Shown: positions 59,883 to 64,000 of the stretch, piece after piece
Layout: each line of letters starts with the position of its first letter
How positions within the stretch are numbered: position 1 is the first letter of the stretch
Assembly (NCBI GenBank): GCA_964648865.1
Contig: CAZYLV010000001.1
Coordinates: 18,476 to 82,475, forward strand
DNA length: 64,000 nt
Direction: 5' to 3'
Source: an uncultured Gammaproteobacteria bacterium
GTDB taxonomy: Bacteria; Patescibacteriota; Patescibacteriia; 2-12-FULL-57-11
The notes under the pieces: model-generated
What the model was told of the DNA's origin: nothing
The model's input: the letters and a program-made list of their open reading frames with translations, nothing else
The model's database searches: none
Program-made: the position numbers and the translations under genes

Positions 59883-60383
59883 ATGGCGGACGAACCCAAG
59901 CTCCGCGGCGAACACGGCCTGGTCCACCTGGCATGGATGGTCGATGAATACCCCGCCTACCGCCGCGGCTGGCGCTGGTACGCCATCGCCTTCCTGGTCG
60001 GCGCCGGCCTCGTCGTCTGGGCGCTGGTCACGCTGAACTTCCTGTTCGCGCTGATCGTCGTCATCTTCGCCATCGTGCTGGCGCTGTCCTCGGCGCGCAA
60101 GCCGGTCCGCCTGCGGTTCGCGGTCTGCGAGGACGGCCTGGAGATGGGGCACCGCTTCATCCCCTGGACCGACGTCTCGCGCTTCTGGATCGTCTACGAG
60201 CCGCCGACGGTCAAGTCGCTGTACGTCGACTTCAAGAGCGCGCTCGTGCCGGACCTGATGGTCCCGCTCGAGCAGATGAACCCAAACGCGGTCCGCAAGA
60301 CGCTGCTGGAGTACGTCGACGAGGATCCGTCCCGCGATGCCGAGCCGCTCTCGGACTTCCTGGCACGGGTACTCAAGTTTTGA
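59883..60383 (+). CDS. Hypothetical membrane protein (two TM helices plus a bacterial PH-like C-terminal domain).
   Basis: ORF starting MADEPKL. Confidence 0.5.
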   Translation: MADEPKLRGEHGLVHLAWMVDEYPAYRRGWRWYAIAFLVGAGLVVWALVTLNFLFALIVVIFAIVLALSSARKPVRLRFAVCEDGLEMGHRFIPWTDVSRFWIVYEPPTVKSLYVDFKSALVPDLMVPLEQMNPNAVRKTLLEYVDEDPSRDAEPLSDFLARVLKF

Positions 60384-60389
60384 AGGAGA

Positions 60390-60466
60390 CGCAGCCATAG
60401 CTCAGCTGGATAGAGCGTCAGCTTGCGGAGCTGAAGGTCGCAGGTTCGACTCCTGCTGGCTGCACC
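60390..60466 (+). tRNA. tRNA-Arg (anticodon reads GCG).
   Basis: Cloverleaf GCAGCCA...TGGCTGCACCA. Confidence 0.75.
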
Positions 60467-60467
60467 A

Positions 60468-60505
60468 TGAAAAGACGTCCACGTCCGTGGACGTCTTTTC
60501 TGTCT
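60468..60505. terminator. Bidirectional terminator.
   Basis: GAAAAGACGTCCACG-tcc-GTGGACGTCTTTTC. Confidence 0.6.
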
Positions 60506-60511
60506 GCGGGA

Positions 60512-61186
60512 TCAGTCGGCGGCGAATGTCCAGGCGGCGATCCGCGTCGCGCCACCCTGCCGCAGGGCGGCGGCAGCGGCCGTGAGCGTCGCCCCCGTGG
60601 TCACGACGTCGTCGACGAGGAGATACGCCGCGCCGGGATCGACGGCGCCGCGCACGGCGAAGGCGCCGTCGACGTTCTTGGCGCGCGCCGCGCGGTCGAG
60701 GGCCGTCTGGGTCACGGTCCGCCGGACCCGGACGAGCGGCTGCGTCACCGCCCCCAGGCCACGGCCGGCGAGCGACCCCGCCAGCGTCGCCGCCTGGTTG
60801 GCGCCGCGCCGACGCAGGCGGGCGGCATGCATGGGCACCGGGACGATGGTCCAGCGCGTCGGCCTGAGCGCGCCGAGGCCCGACCAGCGCCCCAGGGCCT
60901 CGTCCGCGAGCGCGGCGGCCTCCGGACGCCGCTCGTACTTGAGGGCATGCACGACCATGCGCACCGCGGCGTCCTGGAAACGCGTCACGCTCCAGACCGC
61001 GAGCGCGTCGAGCCGCCGCGCCTCCGGCACGAGCGGGATGGCGCGCCAGCAGTCCGGGCAGGCGACGGCGCCTTCCCGTCCGCATCCTCCGCAGAAATCA
61101 GGAAAGAGCGCGTCGAGCACGCCCTTCCGGAACCGAGCGAGGGCGGCCGTCACTGGGCCGACCAGGTCGCGGAGTCCACCAGCCAT
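60512..61186 (-). CDS. comF: ComF family phosphoribosyltransferase.
   Basis: Zinc finger CGGCG...CPDC and PRTase motif LLVDDVVTTGATL. Confidence 0.75.
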   Translation of the reverse strand: MAGGLRDLVGPVTAALARFRKGVLDALFPDFCGGCGREGAVACPDCWRAIPLVPEARRLDALAVWSVTRFQDAAVRMVVHALKYERRPEAAALADEALGRWSGLGALRPTRWTIVPVPMHAARLRRRGANQAATLAGSLAGRGLGAVTQPLVRVRRTVTQTALDRAARAKNVDGAFAVRGAVDPGAAYLLVDDVVTTGATLTAAAAALRQGGATRIAAWTFAAD

Positions 61187-61776
61187 AGGTCGCCGCTGCG
61201 GCGGAATGCCAGGGTCAGCGTGCGGTAGTCGACGGTCGGCTGGTCGTCGCCGGATTGGGTCGAGCGCTGCGCGGCGACCGTGACCGTGGCGCGGCCGCCG
61301 GTCGCGTCGAGGGATGCGAGCGTCGTGGAGACGGCGCGCGTGGTCACGCCCACGTACCCGTCCCCGCCGCCCCCGGCCGAGCGGGCCTGGGCGATGGTTC
61401 GCTCCGTTGCCTCGCGCATCGACGCCGTCATGAGCGGATAGAGGTCGACGAGGTTCTGGAAGTCGGCCTGGTTGGAGTAGGTGCCGAACCGCTCTGCGAA
61501 CTGCCCGGCCGAGGAGACGAGCCGCTGCTCGAGGATCTCCTGATCCGAGGCGCGGGTGAACGTCTCGGCGGGTGCGGCGGGCGCGGACGCCGTCGGGACG
61601 TTGGCGTTGACCTGCGGCAAGCCTCCGGCCGGAGCGAGCGACGCCGTCGGCGTCGGCGCTTCGGCGGCGGGCTCCTCGGGCGCCGGCGCCGGACGCAGCA
61701 GGACGGCGGCCACGGCCGCCACCACGGTGACGAACACGACGACCCCGGCAACGATCAAGAGCATCCGCCGGCTCAT
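61150..61776 (-). CDS. Hypothetical membrane-anchored protein, a possible VirB8-like component.
   Basis: N-terminal TM helix and Pro/Ala linker. ATGA overlap with the upstream VirB4 gene. Confidence 0.45.
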   Translation of the reverse strand: MSRRMLLIVAGVVVFVTVVAAVAAVLLRPAPAPEEPAAEAPTPTASLAPAGGLPQVNANVPTASAPAAPAETFTRASDQEILEQRLVSSAGQFAERFGTYSNQADFQNLVDLYPLMTASMREATERTIAQARSAGGGGDGYVGVTTRAVSTTLASLDATGGRATVTVAAQRSTQSGDDQPTVDYRTLTLAFRRSGDLWLVDSATWSAQ

Positions 61777-63671
61777 ACGCCGCCCTCCTGTTCGGCGAGC
61801 TGCTGCTGGAACTCCTTCTTGGCCTGCTCGATCTCAAGCAGCTGGCGCGGATCGGTGGTGATGACCTGGTCCTCGGCGTACGAGGCGACGATCTTGATGG
61901 CGGCGTGCTTCTGGCCGGCGAAGAAGATGCCCTCGCCCACCCCGCTCTCGAGCAGCAGGTACTTCTCCCCCTGCGTGAGCAGGAAGGTCTTGGTGACCAG
62001 CTCGATGGAGGCCGGCGACTGCTTGAGCAGCAGCTGGATGGAGGAGTTGGTGACGATGGCCTGCCCGTAGGGCGAGGTCAGGAAGTCGTTGACGTCCTGG
62101 GTGATGGTGGTCACCCCGAGGTAGTACTTGCGGCAGCGTTTGACGAGCGCGAAGACGAACTTGGCCGAATCCTCCTGCTGCATCAGCCACCAGGCCTCGT
62201 CGATCACGAGGATGCGCCGCTTGCGCTCCGAGCGCACCACGTTCCAGATGTAGTTGACGATGCTGTAGATGGCCAGCGGCCGCAGCTCGTCTTCCAGGTC
62301 GCGCACCGAGAAGATGACCAGCGTGTTGCGGATGTCGACCGTGGTCGGCGAGTTGAAGAGCCCGGCGAAGGTGCCCTCGGTGTACTTCTTGAGCCGTTCC
62401 ACCAGGTCGCCGGATCCCTCCATGCCTTGGAGGACCTCCTGGAAGTCCTGGAAGATCGGCGGCTCGACGCGCGCCAGGTCGACGCCGGGGACGATGTCCT
62501 TCTTGGCGTAGGTCTCGAGCAGCGCCCGGTCGATGATGGAGTCCTCGGCGGTCGTCAGCTTGCCGCCGAGCATCAATCGGACGAGACCCTTCAACGTGAT
62601 GACGGCGCTGCGGATGATGTCCTCCACGGAATACTGCTCCCCCACCGGCCGGGGCAGCTCGAAGGGGTTGATCTTGGAATCCGAGGCCAGCGAGATGTTG
62701 ATGTACGTGCCGCCGACGGCGTCCGAGAGATGCTTGTATTCCATCTCCGGGTCGATGATCAGCACCTCGGAGCCGAGCATCAGCGACCGCAGCACCTCGA
62801 GCTTGACGGCATACGATTTTCCGGCGCCGGAGGTCGCGAACACGACCATGTTGGCGTTCTGGAGGGAAAAACGGTCGAACAGGATGAGCGAGTTGTTGTG
62901 GCGGTTGATGCCGTAGAGGATGCCGTTGTCCGACGTCAGGTCCGCCGAGGTGAACGGGAAGCTCGAGGCGATCGGCGAGCTGTTCATGTTGAAGGTCACC
63001 TGCAGCTCGTCGTTGCCGAGCGGCAGCGTGGAGTTGAAGCCCTGCTCGGCCTGGTAGAAGACGCGCTTGGAGTAGATGAGCTTGGCGCCGAAGACGTTCT
63101 CGATGTCGAGCGAGAACTTGTCCAGCTCCTCCTTGCTCTTGCCGTAGATCGTGATGTACAGCGCGAACTGGAAGAAGTGCTCGACGCCCTGCGTAAGGTC
63201 GTCGCGGAGCTTCTCGATGTCCCGCAGCGCCGTCTCCCGGAGCGGATCGCGCGGCGCGCCCTTCTCGGCATCGGAGAGGATCTGCGCCTCGAGGGTGCCG
63301 ACCTTGTTCTTGAGCTGCTTGAGGATGACGTGCGCCTTGACGGGGTAGAAGAACATCCCCACGTCGAGCATCTGGTTGATGTTGAGGATGGGCGTGAACC
63401 ACCCCACGCCCACGTAGCGCGGATAGGTGACCACGAAGACGGTCCGCACGTAGAGGTCACCGAGCAGCACGAAGGACGGCTCGACCTTCATGGCCGCGGG
63501 GGCGATGAGGTCGCGGATGGAGACGGTGCCTTTCCGGTAGACACGCTCCTCCTCGAGCGCCTCCTTCTCCACGGCGACCTTCTTTGCGGCTTCCGTGTCC
63601 GTCACCAAGGTCCCGCCCACCTCGACGGGGGCCCGCTTGCCGCGCAGCGCTTTGAACGGGTTGATGGCCAT
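61773..63671 (-). CDS. VirB4/PrgJ-type conjugation/T4SS ATPase.
   Basis: Walker A FATSGAGKSY and Walker B VIDEAWWLM. Confidence 0.8.
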   Translation of the reverse strand: MAINPFKALRGKRAPVEVGGTLVTDTEAAKKVAVEKEALEEERVYRKGTVSIRDLIAPAAMKVEPSFVLLGDLYVRTVFVVTYPRYVGVGWFTPILNINQMLDVGMFFYPVKAHVILKQLKNKVGTLEAQILSDAEKGAPRDPLRETALRDIEKLRDDLTQGVEHFFQFALYITIYGKSKEELDKFSLDIENVFGAKLIYSKRVFYQAEQGFNSTLPLGNDELQVTFNMNSSPIASSFPFTSADLTSDNGILYGINRHNNSLILFDRFSLQNANMVVFATSGAGKSYAVKLEVLRSLMLGSEVLIIDPEMEYKHLSDAVGGTYINISLASDSKINPFELPRPVGEQYSVEDIIRSAVITLKGLVRLMLGGKLTTAEDSIIDRALLETYAKKDIVPGVDLARVEPPIFQDFQEVLQGMEGSGDLVERLKKYTEGTFAGLFNSPTTVDIRNTLVIFSVRDLEDELRPLAIYSIVNYIWNVVRSERKRRILVIDEAWWLMQQEDSAKFVFALVKRCRKYYLGVTTITQDVNDFLTSPYGQAIVTNSSIQLLLKQSPASIELVTKTFLLTQGEKYLLLESGVGEGIFFAGQKHAAIKIVASYAEDQVITTDPRQLLEIEQAKKEFQQQLAEQEGGV

Positions 63672-63674
63672 AGC

Positions 63675-63989
63675 TCAGGCTTCCTCCACGCGGAGCTTGC
63701 CGACGTCGGTGAGCTTCTCGGCGTCGGAGACGATGGGGTTATAGGCGTTGTAGTAGAGCTCGATGAGCGACTGCGTGTCGAGCATCACCGCGCTCACCCC
63801 CATCGAGCCGAGGTTCGCGGCCACCGTATCGACACGCAGCAGCAGGTCCTTCCGTCGTTCCTGGAAGCGCGCCTCCTGGAGCCGGATGGTCAAGGCCGGC
63901 GTGATGGCCTCCTGCATGCGCTGGAAGAACCCCTTGCGCTTGTTGGTGAACGGGTCGAACGGGACGACCACGTAGAAGCGCTTGCTCAT
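63675..63989 (-). CDS. Hypothetical small protein upstream of the VirB4 gene.
   Basis: ORF with an ATG at 63989, 1 nt from the VirB4 start. Confidence 0.4.
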   Translation of the reverse strand: MSKRFYVVVPFDPFTNKRKGFFQRMQEAITPALTIRLQEARFQERRKDLLLRVDTVAANLGSMGVSAVMLDTQSLIELYYNAYNPIVSDAEKLTDVGKLRVEEA

Positions 63990-64000
63990 GATCTGCCCGA

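Overview
This is a high-GC (roughly 68-70%) bacterial chromosomal segment. Genes are tightly packed and many overlap by 4 nt. Nothing resembling rRNA or a CRISPR array was seen.

Recognisable housekeeping genes, in order:
- queA, rpmE, prfA, prmC
- a DUF3048-like protein gene, rplY, a SEDS-family gene (rodA/ftsW)
- gyrB, then secE-nusG-rplK-(inserted gene)-rplA
- a deoxypyrimidine module: dCMP deaminase, a P-loop kinase, dut, tmk
- gatB, miaA, thrS, dnaE, pheT/pheS
- rseP, murI, a phosphomannomutase/phosphoglucomutase gene, lemA, htpX, clpC, dsbA
- radA, recG, two tRNA-Ser genes, one tRNA-Arg gene, comF
- a Gram-positive-type (PrgJ-like) VirB4 ATPase gene at the window end

Two regions stand out as candidate novel systems.

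1. 48.5-54.5 kb (continuing at 60.5-64 kb) is an envelope cluster:
- It starts with a membrane protein, a TolB-like beta-propeller and DsbA.
- Two large cysteine-rich secreted proteins follow. They share a duplicated module of about 125 aa with two transmembrane helices that resembles a VirB2/TrbC pilin. One of them also carries an SGNH (GDSL) hydrolase domain and an SLT lytic-transglycosylase domain.
- Further on are the VirB4 gene, a candidate VirB8-like gene and comF.

2. 22.2-29.3 kb holds six uncharacterised genes in alternating orientation:
- The encoded proteins are of unknown function; the three large ones (about 720, 435 and 626 aa) are acidic and coiled-coil.
- The central intergenic region carries two copies of the 10-bp palindrome GCTGTACAGC, each next to a TTGAC box.

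Smaller observations:
- a strong sigma70-like promoter with a roughly 190-nt structured leader at 1055-1279
- two in-frame perfect palindromes inside prmC
- unknown genes inserted between prfA/prmC, between rplK/rplA and between pheS/pheT; rplJ-rplL is absent after rplA
- a TG(G)nTACAAT-like extended -10 motif upstream of several genes, including the novel ones

All calls come from reading the sequence and the ORF translations and recognising motifs. No database searches were run.
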